Below the pieces are notes generated by a model. That model did not search any database. It had not been told where the DNA came from and worked only from the letters and a program-made list of their open reading frames with translations. DNA of 64,000 bases from an uncultured Oscillospiraceae bacterium (GTDB taxonomy: Bacteria; Bacillota; Clostridia; Oscillospirales; Oscillospiraceae). The stretch spans positions 171 to 64,170 of the forward strand of contig CAZKLU010000003.1 in NCBI GenBank assembly GCA_964553775.1. The letters are read 5' to 3'. Positions 9,026 to 18,599 of the stretch are shown here, piece after piece; within the stretch, counting starts at the first letter, position 1; each line of letters starts with the position of its first letter. A program made the translations under genes and the position numbers.

Positions 9026-10496
9026 CATGGATAACACAACCTATGAACCGATTCCAAAGGAAAAATTTCAATTTGTCCAGAAGGATGTTAAGCTGCACGA
9101 CAAGGAGCTTGTTACAAAACCGATAGGGTATTTTCAAGACGCTATGCGGAGGTTCGCGCATAACAAGGGTTCTGTTGTGTGTGCTATTATCCTCGCTATT
9201 TTGGTTGTCTATGCCATATTCGCGCCGATACTCTCAAAATACGAACCGTCAGAAAAGGACGCTTACTACGCCTACGCTCTGCCGAAGCTCACTACAAAAT
9301 TTGATTTAGGCTTCTGGAACGGCTGCTCAACACAGGAGATGAACCAGCAGACTTACGATTACTACTCTAACATTCCGGGTGCAATCGCTAAGGTTATCGA
9401 TGTCTATGAGCAGAACGTAGCGGGAAGAGAACAGACCATTTACAAGGTGTCTCTCGATTCTTACAAAAAAGTCGGATATATCTATGTGCTTCTCTCTCCA
9501 TCGGAGTATCAGGAGATTCTTGACTATGAGGAAAGCTCCGGTAATCAGCTCCTGTACCCTATGATAAATGAAAATGAAATCAAGAACCGTGCCTATCAAA
9601 ACGACGCAAACGCCTGGTTTCTCACCAACCAAAAGGGCGTAGCTCAGCTTGACGATGACGGCAACGTTCAAAATATCTTTTTGACCGATGAATCAACTGA
9701 GGATGGCTACGCTTACTATCAGACGAAAGCTGACGGAACACAGATAAAAGTTCGCGTTCTTTATTACGACTGGTACGTCTACAAAAACGGTTATGAACCA
9801 TGTTTCCCATTCGGAGCCGATGAATACGGTTACAGTATTTTCAGCCGTTTGGCAACAGGCGCGAGATTGTCGCTGACACTTTCAATCTCGGCGGCTCTTG
9901 TCAACCTCGTTCTCGGTATAATAATCGGAGCGTTGGAAGGCTACTACGGTGGAACATTCGACCTTGTACTTGAACGTATAAAAGATATTCTGTGGGAAAT
10001 TCCGACCCTTGTATTTATGACACTCTTCCAGATGTATCTATCCAAAAAGCTCGGTTCACTATTTGCGATGTTCATGTGCTTCATCTTCTTTGGCTGGATA
10101 GGCACATCGTCAACTGTTCGCGCACAGTTCTACCGCTTCAAGGGTCAGGAGTACGTCATGGCGGCAAGAACACTCGGTGCGAAAGACAGCAGACTGATTT
10201 TCCGTCACATTCTTCCGAACGCCTCCGGATTTATCATAACAGCGTCTGTTCTGACAATCCCGGGAATTATATTCTCGGAGGCTACTTACTCGTATCTCGG
10301 CATTGTCAATCTGCAATCCTCAACGCTCACATCAGTCGGAACAATGCTTGAGAATGGGCAGGCGGCACTTTCAACGTATCCTCACTGCGTATTCTTCCCT
10401 GCTATATTCCTCTCTATATTGCTTATATGCTTCAACATCTTTGGTAACGGACTGCGTGACGCATTTAACCCGTCACTGCGTGGAGCGGAGGAATAA
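9015..10496 (+). CDS. ABC transporter permease (OppC/DppC-like) with an extracytoplasmic insertion of about 200 aa after TM1
   Basis: The C-terminal half is a typical BPD_transp_1 domain (AARTLGAKDSRLIFRHILPN). Start is ATG 9015 behind GGGAGGAGG, overlapping the preceding stop. Confidence 0.9.
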   Translation: MNSDMDNTTYEPIPKEKFQFVQKDVKLHDKELVTKPIGYFQDAMRRFAHNKGSVVCAIILAILVVYAIFAPILSKYEPSEKDAYYAYALPKLTTKFDLGFWNGCSTQEMNQQTYDYYSNIPGAIAKVIDVYEQNVAGREQTIYKVSLDSYKKVGYIYVLLSPSEYQEILDYEESSGNQLLYPMINENEIKNRAYQNDANAWFLTNQKGVAQLDDDGNVQNIFLTDESTEDGYAYYQTKADGTQIKVRVLYYDWYVYKNGYEPCFPFGADEYGYSIFSRLATGARLSLTLSISAALVNLVLGIIIGALEGYYGGTFDLVLERIKDILWEIPTLVFMTLFQMYLSKKLGSLFAMFMCFIFFGWIGTSSTVRAQFYRFKGQEYVMAARTLGAKDSRLIFRHILPNASGFIITASVLTIPGIIFSEATYSYLGIVNLQSSTLTSVGTMLENGQAALSTYPHCVFFPAIFLSILLICFNIFGNGLRDAFNPSLRGAEE

Positions 10497-10499
10497 GCA

Positions 10500-12116
10500 A
10501 TGAGTAAAGCATTACAGGTTAAAAATTTGCAGGTGTCATTCAAAACAAACAACGGAACCGTGAAAGCCGTCCGTGACATAAGCTTTGACTTGGAAAAGGG
10601 CGAAACACTCTGCATTGTGGGAGAATCAGGTTCCGGCAAGTCGGTCACGGCAAAGGCTATTCTGGGCATTCTTGCTGCCAACAGTATTGTTGAGGGCGGC
10701 GAGATTCTGTATAACGGCAGGGATCTGCTAAAGACATCGGAAAAGGACTTCAACAGAATACGCGGTAACGATATAACGATGATATTTCAGGATCCCATGT
10801 CCTCGCTCGACCCTATCATGCGTATAGGCAAACAGATGACTGAAGCAACCATTCTGAACGGCAAAACAAACCGCAAGAACGCAAAAAAGCGTTTTTCGCA
10901 GGGGCTAAAGCAGCTAAAAAAAGAACTTATCGATGCGGGATGTCCTGAGCGTGAGGTTTTGAAGCAGCTCACGGCGTTTTCGAAGCTCGCGAAGGATGGC
11001 GGAAAACGCAAGAAGACCTACACGACTGCCCGTGAATATGCCGAGTCCGCTATCATCACGATAGAACGCACCGAGGTTGATTTATTCGGTGACAGTGATA
11101 AGCTCGTTCGCAAGGATTTTAATGAACTTAGAATAAAACTGGGAAAAGCAACTGACGAAGCGTTTTTGAAAAAGGACGATCCCACGCTTACGGATTTCGT
11201 TCAGCGTGTCGCGAAACTGGAGCAGGAATATACAGCAAAGGACAAAACAACAGCTCAAAGCGTTTTGGCTGACGGCAAAAAATTTCTAAATATGACGCTT
11301 GAAAAAGAAATGCCAAATTTCTATGAGGATGATGAGTTTCTTCCCGCTCTGCTGCAAAATGTTGAGAAAGTCTCCCCCGGTAAAGCGCAGAAACGGTTGA
11401 AAAACCTGGAAAACGAAGCGTTTGACATGGTGAACGAGGTCACAAAACAAATGGCGTATGATAAGGCAATACGCATCATGGAGGATGTTGGCATAAAAGA
11501 ACCGGAAAAGCGGTTCAAACAGTACCCGTTCGAGTTCTCCGGTGGTATGCGTCAACGTATTGTTATCGCCATTGCTATTGCGGCAAATCCCGATATATTG
11601 ATTTGTGACGAGCCGACAACAGCACTTGACGTTACGATTCAGGCACAGATTTTGGAGCTTATCAACGACATTAAGCGCAAACGCAAATTAAGCGTAATTT
11701 TTATCACGCACGACCTTGGTGTTGTCGCAAACATGGCGGATAAAGTAGCGGTAATGTATGCCGGTAAAATTGTCGAATACGGAACGGCTGACGATGTTTT
11801 CTATGAACCCGCTCATCCGTATACATGGGCTTTGCTTGCGTCAATGCCGGATCTTGACACAAAAGAAAAGTTAGAGGCAATCCCCGGTACGCCGCCCAAC
11901 ATGATATTCCCGCCAAAGGGTGACGCTTTTGCCGAACGCAACCAATACGCTATGCAAATAGACTTTGAGCGTCAGCCGCCGATGTTCAAGATTTCTGATA
12001 CACACTGCGCGGCAACGTGGCTTCTGCACCCTGACGCTCCGAAAGTTGAACCGCCGAAAACCGTTACAGATCGTATTGCGAGGATGAAAGAACTGGAGGC
12101 ATCAGCAGATGCGTAA
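10500..12116 (+). CDS. ABC transporter ATP-binding protein (OppD-like) with an insertion of about 210 aa
   Basis: Walker A GESGSGKS, Q-loop MIFQDP, signature FSGGMRQR, Walker B ILICDEPTTALD, and a C-terminal oligopeptide-type extension. Confidence 0.9.
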   Translation: MSKALQVKNLQVSFKTNNGTVKAVRDISFDLEKGETLCIVGESGSGKSVTAKAILGILAANSIVEGGEILYNGRDLLKTSEKDFNRIRGNDITMIFQDPMSSLDPIMRIGKQMTEATILNGKTNRKNAKKRFSQGLKQLKKELIDAGCPEREVLKQLTAFSKLAKDGGKRKKTYTTAREYAESAIITIERTEVDLFGDSDKLVRKDFNELRIKLGKATDEAFLKKDDPTLTDFVQRVAKLEQEYTAKDKTTAQSVLADGKKFLNMTLEKEMPNFYEDDEFLPALLQNVEKVSPGKAQKRLKNLENEAFDMVNEVTKQMAYDKAIRIMEDVGIKEPEKRFKQYPFEFSGGMRQRIVIAIAIAANPDILICDEPTTALDVTIQAQILELINDIKRKRKLSVIFITHDLGVVANMADKVAVMYAGKIVEYGTADDVFYEPAHPYTWALLASMPDLDTKEKLEAIPGTPPNMIFPPKGDAFAERNQYAMQIDFERQPPMFKISDTHCAATWLLHPDAPKVEPPKTVTDRIARMKELEASADA

Positions 12117-13230
12117 TCAAACAACTACACCGAAAAAAGAGTCGGAGAGCGAAATAGTGCTTGATGTCCGTCACCTGAAACAGTATTTTGGAAAGAACGA
12201 TTTCAAGGCTGTTGATGATGTAAGCTTCTTCATCAAAAAAGGAGAAGTGTTCGGGCTTGTGGGAGAGTCCGGCTGTGGAAAGACAACTACAGGACGCTCA
12301 ATCATAAGGCTATACAACATCACCTCCGGCGATGTGTACTTTAAGGGCAGGCGCATAGCCGCAGGCACACGTTCATACACAGACGCGATTGAGGCTGAAA
12401 AGAAAGCGTCAGCCGCTCGAATGTCAGAGCTGAAAAAGCGCGGTGACAAAGACGGCGCGAACCGCGAAAAAGCACACCTTGACTCTTTTATTAAAGAGCA
12501 GAAAGCCGCTATTGCCTCGGCAAAAAACGACCAGAAAAAAGCGGATAAGGAGAAGCTCTCCACAAAAATGCAGATGATTTTCCAAGATCCTATAGCATCG
12601 TTGAATCCGCGAATGACAGTAAGAGAAATTATTGCTGAAGGTCTGCGTATTCAGGGAATCAGGGACGAGAAGTATATTGACGAAAAGGTGTACCAAATGC
12701 TGGAGACTGTTGGTCTTGTGCGGGAACACGCCGAGCGGTATCCTCACGAATTTTCCGGCGGTCAGCGTCAAAGGATTGGTATAGCCCGTGCGATTATCAT
12801 GAATCCAGACCTCATCATTGCCGATGAGCCGATAAGTGCTCTGGATGTTTCGATTCAGGCACAGGTTATAAATCTTCTGAACGATCTCCGTGACCAAATG
12901 GGACTTACTATCATGTTTATCGCGCACGATCTGTCTGTGGTAAAATACTTCTCGGATCGTATAGCGGTTATGTACTTTGGAAAGATTGTGGAACTTGCGG
13001 ATTCCGATGAGCTGTTTGAGCATCCGTTTCACCCATATACAAGATCGCTGCTGTCAGCGATTCCTTTGCCGGATCCGCACTATGAAAAGCGGCGCAAGCG
13101 TATTGTATACGAACCGGCATTCGACCACGACTATTCAAAGGAGGGACCTGAAATCAGGGAGGTTTCTCCCGGTCACTTTGTAAGCTGCAACACGGATGAA
13201 TTTGAAAAATACAAAGGGGAGCTTGAATGA
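12109..13230 (+). CDS. ABC transporter ATP-binding protein (OppF-like) with an insertion of about 70 aa
   Basis: Walker A GESGCGKT, Q-loop MIFQDP, signature FSGGQRQR, Walker B LIIADEPISALD. Confidence 0.9.
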   Translation: MRNQTTTPKKESESEIVLDVRHLKQYFGKNDFKAVDDVSFFIKKGEVFGLVGESGCGKTTTGRSIIRLYNITSGDVYFKGRRIAAGTRSYTDAIEAEKKASAARMSELKKRGDKDGANREKAHLDSFIKEQKAAIASAKNDQKKADKEKLSTKMQMIFQDPIASLNPRMTVREIIAEGLRIQGIRDEKYIDEKVYQMLETVGLVREHAERYPHEFSGGQRQRIGIARAIIMNPDLIIADEPISALDVSIQAQVINLLNDLRDQMGLTIMFIAHDLSVVKYFSDRIAVMYFGKIVELADSDELFEHPFHPYTRSLLSAIPLPDPHYEKRRKRIVYEPAFDHDYSKEGPEIREVSPGHFVSCNTDEFEKYKGELE

Positions 13231-13625
13231 AAACGGAGCTGTGGCGGAAACTCAGAGAGTGGCTTGTGTGTTTTGCTGTGGCGTTGGCAATTTGCGCGAT
13301 CGTTATATTGTACGAACATGAGACAATGGAGTGGAGCGTTGCGCGAATGGTGTGCGATGGATGCTTTGTATCAGGCGTGATATTAGCGGGATTCGGAGTG
13401 CTGGTTTGGGTGGCGAGTTTCGGCGGATTCAACGCTATAGGATATGGAGTCTATCTGCTGACACGCATATTTTCTCCCTCACGGGCAAGGTTTGAGGAGC
13501 GGATGTCGTATCTTGAATACTGCCAGTCGCGTGAAAAGAAAGACAAGATGCCAATATGTATTCTTGTAACCGGCGTTGTTTTTCTTGCTGTCTCCGCAAT
13601 ATGGCTGTTAATATATAACCTGTAA
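13227..13625 (+). CDS. Small integral membrane protein (DUF3899-like)
   Basis: About 4 hydrophobic helices. The start overlaps the preceding stop (ATGA). Confidence 0.55.
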   Translation: MKTELWRKLREWLVCFAVALAICAIVILYEHETMEWSVARMVCDGCFVSGVILAGFGVLVWVASFGGFNAIGYGVYLLTRIFSPSRARFEERMSYLEYCQSREKKDKMPICILVTGVVFLAVSAIWLLIYNL

Positions 13626-13631
13626 ACAGAC

Positions 13632-13669
13632 GGCGCACTGCATTTTTGCGGTGCGCCTTTGGCTTTTTT
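13632..13669 (+). terminator. Rho-independent terminator ending the ABC operon
   Basis: GGCGCAC-12 nt-GTGCGCC followed by TTTGGCTTTTTT. Confidence 0.75.
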
Positions 13670-14088
13670 ATACCGAAATCAGCGCAAACATTTTGCTTTT
13701 CGGACTGTTTTGTTTTCCGCATAGTATCCTTTCTCCTTTTCAGATTTTATGGTATAACACCGAACTTATAATCTGCCATTAAAACATCCCACACCTCTTT
13801 CCACCTGCAAATACGGATACATGATTATTTATCGATAACTTACCTATAAAATACATATACTCGCAGTATAGCTGCTTTATTAACTGAACCCTTGCGGAAA
13901 TCAATTTTCGATTTACTTCACTTCACGCACTCCAGCCTGCACTATGTTTGATTGCAGATTTATACATATCAATCGGCTTGAAGGCAGGTTCTAAATCCTT
14001 CACGCTGACAGGCAGCAGACCGGCTCCACACCCTCGCTGAAAAATAGCCGCATTGAAAATTAAAAGTGATTTCCATAAAAAATAAGTC

Positions 14089-14117
14089 TTGCACATTTTC
14101 CGCCACTATGCTACAAT
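14089..14117 (+). promoter_or_regulatory. Sigma-A type promoter upstream of phoH
   Basis: TTGCAC - 17 nt - TACAAT, with an upstream TG. Confidence 0.5.
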
Positions 14118-14155
14118 ATAAGAAGCAGATTCCACAGCAGAAAGGAACAACCAAT

Positions 14156-15148
14156 ATGACAGAGCAGACTATGAATATAGACAGAGTGGAACACATCATC
14201 AATGTGTTTGGTTCCTTTGATGAGAATATTCGGCTTATTGAGTCGGAAATGAACGTGCGTATTGCCGACAGGGATTCGGAACTTAAAATCTCCGGCGAAG
14301 CCGAGGATGTAATGCTCGCTAAAAGCGCGATTGAGGGGCTTTTATCTCTTGCCGCGAAGGGAGAAGCAATAGACGCACAGAATGTTCGCTATATCATCGG
14401 TCTTGTGCGCTCCGGTGAGAGCGACAAAATCGGTGAGCTGTCACGCGATGTTATCTGTGTCACCTCTAAGGGCAAGCCGATAAAAGCTAAAACGCTCGGT
14501 CAGAAACGATACGTTGACGCGATTATGAAAAATACAGTCACGCTCGGAATTGGTCCCGCAGGTACAGGAAAGACGTATCTTGCCGTTGCCGCCGCCGTTG
14601 CCGCATTCAGAGCGAAAGAGGTCAACCGCATCATACTCACAAGACCGGCTGTTGAGGCGGGTGAGCGTCTTGGATTTTTGCCTGGGGATCTTCAGAGCAA
14701 GGTTGACCCGTATTTAAGACCGCTCTATGACGCACTCTTTGAAATGCTCGGTGCGGAGACTTACGCAAAATTCCTTGAACGCGGCGAAATTGAGGTTGCC
14801 CCGCTCGCGTATATGAGAGGCAGAACACTCGATGACAGCTTTATCATTCTTGATGAGGCTCAGAATACAAGCCGTGAGCAGATGAAAATGTTCCTCACAC
14901 GTCTCGGCTTCGGCTCCAAAGCCGTTATTACCGGTGACGCAACACAGATAGATCTTCCGCCGGACAAGGTGAGCGGTCTCAACGAGGCGGTCAAGGTTCT
15001 TGACGGCATTGAGGATATAGCAATCTGCCATCTCACGGGAGCGGACGTTGTGCGCCATGTGCTTGTCCAGCGCATAGTGGAGGCTTATGGCAAATACGAA
15101 CATTCAAAGCAGCAGTCAAATACCGTACAGAAACGGCGTTACAAATGA
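14156..15148 (+). CDS. phoH: PhoH family ATPase
   Basis: GPAGTGKTYLAVA, ILDEAQN and ITGDATQIDLP motifs. Start is ATG 14156 behind AAAGGAA. Confidence 0.9.
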   Translation: MTEQTMNIDRVEHIINVFGSFDENIRLIESEMNVRIADRDSELKISGEAEDVMLAKSAIEGLLSLAAKGEAIDAQNVRYIIGLVRSGESDKIGELSRDVICVTSKGKPIKAKTLGQKRYVDAIMKNTVTLGIGPAGTGKTYLAVAAAVAAFRAKEVNRIILTRPAVEAGERLGFLPGDLQSKVDPYLRPLYDALFEMLGAETYAKFLERGEIEVAPLAYMRGRTLDDSFIILDEAQNTSREQMKMFLTRLGFGSKAVITGDATQIDLPPDKVSGLNEAVKVLDGIEDIAICHLTGADVVRHVLVQRIVEAYGKYEHSKQQSNTVQKRRYK

Positions 15149-15161
15149 GGGAGGGATACCA

Positions 15162-15593
15162 ATGGAAAAAACTGAAATTTCCTGCGGCGCGGTAGTTTAT
15201 ACGCGGGTGCGGGGTAAACTGAATTTTGTGATTATAAAATCACTTGCGGGAGATGTCGGGTTCCCAAAAGGACACGTTGAGGGTGAAGAAACAGAGGAAC
15301 AGACCGCTTTGAGGGAAATATACGAAGAAGTTGGTTTGCGCGTAAATATTGTACCTGGTTTTCGGGTAATCGACCAGTACCCGCTCCCGCTCAACCCCGA
15401 AACGATAAAACGTGTGGTCTATTTTGTCGCTGAATACAGCGACCAGAATTTAGTCTGCCAACGTGAGGAGCTTTCCTCAGTTACGCTCATGCCGTACAAC
15501 AAAGCCATGAAAGCACTGACATTCGACAGCGGCAGAAATGTTTTGGAAGCTGCAATGCAATTTATTGCGGAAAAGGAGAAAGAGAATATATGA
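15162..15593 (+). CDS. NUDIX hydrolase
   Basis: Nudix box GFPKGHVEGEETEEQTALREIYEEVGL. Start is ATG 15162 behind GAGGGAGGG. Confidence 0.8.
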   Translation: MEKTEISCGAVVYTRVRGKLNFVIIKSLAGDVGFPKGHVEGEETEEQTALREIYEEVGLRVNIVPGFRVIDQYPLPLNPETIKRVVYFVAEYSDQNLVCQREELSSVTLMPYNKAMKALTFDSGRNVLEAAMQFIAEKEKENI

Positions 15594-17086
15594 CAATACC
15601 GGAAGCGGTTGAAAAACTTAACGAATTGGAACTCGCGGAGTTTGCCTACGGTCACGCTATGGGGCTTTTGAGCGTTGACGCGGAAACCGTAGCTCCAAAA
15701 GATTCGCGTATACCGAGAGGCAAGACGCTTGCATATCTTACAAACGAATCGAGAAAAATCTCAGTCGGAGAGGACGCGCTAAGACTCGTGGATTTTCTGC
15801 GCGAACACCGCGATGAACTTGACGCGAATACAAAAAGGCGTCTGGAGCTGCGGGAAAAAGACCTCAAGCTGCTTCTGAAGGTACCAGCCGAGGAGCTTGC
15901 CGATTACGCAACGCTCGAAAACGACTCTTCCGCCGCGTGGCATGACGCGAAGGAAAAGTCCGACTACTCTATATTCATGCCGTACCTTGAGAAACTGATA
16001 AACACGACGAAACGCTTTGCTTCTTTGGTTGAACCCGATATGCCTGTCTACGACTGGTGCCTTGACAAATACGAGGAGGGGCTTACGCAGAAGACATGCG
16101 ACGAAGTTTTCTCGGTACTGCGTCAAAGAATAGTGCCGCTCGTTGATAAGGCACGTTCAAATCAGTTTGAGAGCGCGATAACAAGTGTTCACATTGACAA
16201 GGAAACACAACGCAAATTAGCGTACAGAATCATGGACATCATGGGTATAAACCGCAACCGCTGCTCTCTTGGAGAGACAGAGCACCCATTCACCGGAGAT
16301 TTTTCAAAATACGATGTGCGTATCACTACAAACTTCAAAGAGGACAACTTTATATCGTCACTCTATTCGGTAACGCACGAGGGCGGTCACGCTCTGTATG
16401 AGCTTCACATCGCGGATGAGCTGATGTACACAAGTCTGGGAACCGGCGCGTCAATGGCGGTGCATGAGAGCCAGTCAAGGTTCTTTGAGAATATAATCGG
16501 ACGTTCACGCGAGTGGTGCGAATTTCTGTTCCCTGAGCTTGTAAAACTACAGCCGGAGCTTGGCAAATTCACGTCACACGACTTCTTTAGAGCGGTGAAC
16601 CGCGTGGAACCATCGCTTATACGCACAGAAGCCGATGAGGTGACATACGCACTTCACATCATGGTTCGCTATGAACTTGAAAAAGCTATGATGAGCGGTG
16701 ACATCCCTGTTAAGGAACTCCCCGATATGTGGAACGCGCTGTATAAAGAATATCTCGGCATCTCCTCCGACAACGACCGCAACGGTATATTGCAGGACAG
16801 TCACTGGTCGAACGGCGCGATAGGCTACTTCCCGACTTACGCTCTCGGCAGCGCGTATGGCGCGCAGTTCCTCAATAAGATGCGTGAGAGTGTTGATGTA
16901 TCGAAATGCGAGCGCGAGGGTAACTTGAAGCCTATACGCGATTGGCTGAATGATAGAATCTGGAAATACGGTTCAGCGGAAAAGCCGCAGGTTATCATGG
17001 AACGCACATTTGGCGGCAAATTTGACCCCGTATACTTCGCTGATTATCTTGAAAATAAGGTTGCGGAGGTGTACGGTGACGCATGA
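15590..17086 (+). CDS. Carboxypeptidase M32 (Taq-type metallocarboxypeptidase)
   Basis: HEGGHALYE (HExxH), HESQSRFFEN and IRTEADEVTY motifs. Confidence 0.9.
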   Translation: MTIPEAVEKLNELELAEFAYGHAMGLLSVDAETVAPKDSRIPRGKTLAYLTNESRKISVGEDALRLVDFLREHRDELDANTKRRLELREKDLKLLLKVPAEELADYATLENDSSAAWHDAKEKSDYSIFMPYLEKLINTTKRFASLVEPDMPVYDWCLDKYEEGLTQKTCDEVFSVLRQRIVPLVDKARSNQFESAITSVHIDKETQRKLAYRIMDIMGINRNRCSLGETEHPFTGDFSKYDVRITTNFKEDNFISSLYSVTHEGGHALYELHIADELMYTSLGTGASMAVHESQSRFFENIIGRSREWCEFLFPELVKLQPELGKFTSHDFFRAVNRVEPSLIRTEADEVTYALHIMVRYELEKAMMSGDIPVKELPDMWNALYKEYLGISSDNDRNGILQDSHWSNGAIGYFPTYALGSAYGAQFLNKMRESVDVSKCEREGNLKPIRDWLNDRIWKYGSAEKPQVIMERTFGGKFDPVYFADYLENKVAEVYGDA

Positions 17087-17588
17087 CATTACTGTACGCC
17101 GCGAAAAAACAGGGCTTGGACACCCGCGCTCTGAGAAGCTTATAGAGCTTGCGGCGGAGGCGGCGTTGCAGTGCGAGGGAATAACAGTACCGTGCCACGT
17201 TGATGTACTTTTGACAGGACGCGGAACTATGAAACGAATAAACAAAAAACGGCGCGACAAAAACTTCGTAACCGATGTACTCTCATTCCCGCTGAACACT
17301 CTCGAACCCGGCAAATTTGATTCCTCTATATGCGAACGTGATTTGAGTACAGGGTATGTTCAGCTTGGAGACATAGTGCTGTGTGTTCCAAAATGTGAGA
17401 CTCAGGGAATGGAGTACGGACACGGCTACGCGAGGGAACTGTGCTATCTCACTGTACACTCTGTTCTGCATCTTCTCGGCTACGACCATCTTGATGAGGG
17501 TGCGGAGAAAGCTCAAATGAGAGCAAGAGAGAAATATATAATGGACACTCTCGGACTTACACTGAATGACAAAACACCTGTATCTTAA
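17076..17588 (+). CDS. ybeY: rRNA maturation RNase YbeY
   Basis: HSVLHLLGYDH metal-binding motif. The probable start is GTG 17076 behind GGAGGTG; the ORF-track start at 16950 lies inside the previous gene. Confidence 0.85.
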   Translation: MTHDITVRREKTGLGHPRSEKLIELAAEAALQCEGITVPCHVDVLLTGRGTMKRINKKRRDKNFVTDVLSFPLNTLEPGKFDSSICERDLSTGYVQLGDIVLCVPKCETQGMEYGHGYARELCYLTVHSVLHLLGYDHLDEGAEKAQMRAREKYIMDTLGLTLNDKTPVS

Positions 17589-17714
17589 TTGACACCAAAC
17601 GCGAAGGTTTAGAGTCTGGATAATCTGATTAAATTTGCGCTATTCAACTCTCGCAAGAAACGCAGGCAATTCTTGCGGGGGGTAGCATAAAATACTCGAA
17701 CAGTTAGGAGAACA

Positions 17715-18599
17715 ATGATAACAAAAACAGCAATGATCACACTTGCGGGGCGGGCAAACGTCGGAAAATCGACGCTCATAAACGCTCTTGTCGGTCAGAA
17801 AATATCAATCGTAACCCCAAAGCCGCAGACAACGCGGAACAGAATTTTCGGCATAGCGGAGCGTGGAAGTACACAGCTTGTGTTTGTGGATACACCCGGA
17901 TTCCACAAGGCTCGGAACCGTCTTGGCGAGTACATGGTGAACGTTGTGGAATCGAGTGTATCGGACGTTGACGCTGTGTGTCTCGTTGTGGAACCAAAAC
18001 CAATGGGTGAGCAGGAAAAGCAGCTCATTGAAAGGATAAAGAGAATAGGTGTTCCCTCGGTTTTAGCTATAAATAAGATAGACTGTGTTAAAAAAGATAT
18101 GCTGCTTCCAGTTATAGCAGAATACTCAGCCGCGCACAGCTTCGATGCCATCGTTCCAATATCCGCGCTCAAAAATAGCGGCATAGATGAACTTATAACG
18201 GAACTTGAGAAGTTTGCGGAGGACGGTTCCGGTCTTTTTCCGGAGGACGAGGTGACCGACCAGCCCGTCAGACAGATGTGCGCCGAAATTATACGCGAAA
18301 AGCTGTTGCTGGAGCTTCAAAATGAGGTTCCGCACGGTATCGCGATTGAGATTACCGGTTTTACTCCGCGTGAGGATGGCATAACCGAAATACTTGCCAC
18401 CATATACTGTGAAAAGGCAAGTCACAAGGGCATAATAATCGGCAAGAACGGCGATATGCTGAAATCTGTCGGTGAAAAGGCGAGACGCGACATGGAAAAA
18501 CTCCTTGACGGTAAGGTGTATCTCAACACATGGGTAAAGGTCAAGGAAAACTGGCGCGACAACGGCGCAAACCTGAGAACATTAGGTTATACAGAGTAA
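17715..18599 (+). CDS. era: GTPase Era
   Basis: G1 GRANVGKST, G3 DTPG, G4 NKID, and a C-terminal KH domain. Confidence 0.95.
   Translation: MITKTAMITLAGRANVGKSTLINALVGQKISIVTPKPQTTRNRIFGIAERGSTQLVFVDTPGFHKARNRLGEYMVNVVESSVSDVDAVCLVVEPKPMGEQEKQLIERIKRIGVPSVLAINKIDCVKKDMLLPVIAEYSAAHSFDAIVPISALKNSGIDELITELEKFAEDGSGLFPEDEVTDQPVRQMCAEIIREKLLLELQNEVPHGIAIEITGFTPREDGITEILATIYCEKASHKGIIIGKNGDMLKSVGEKARRDMEKLLDGKVYLNTWVKVKENWRDNGANLRTLGYTE

Noticed and set aside
13435-13722. Minus-strand 95-aa ORF with a very good SD (AAAAGGAGAAAGGATACTATG)
   Set aside because: It runs antisense through the ABC operon terminator and about 190 nt of the DUF3899-like gene. The product is basic and low-complexity. The SD-like string is probably coincidental. 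I kept it only as a note.
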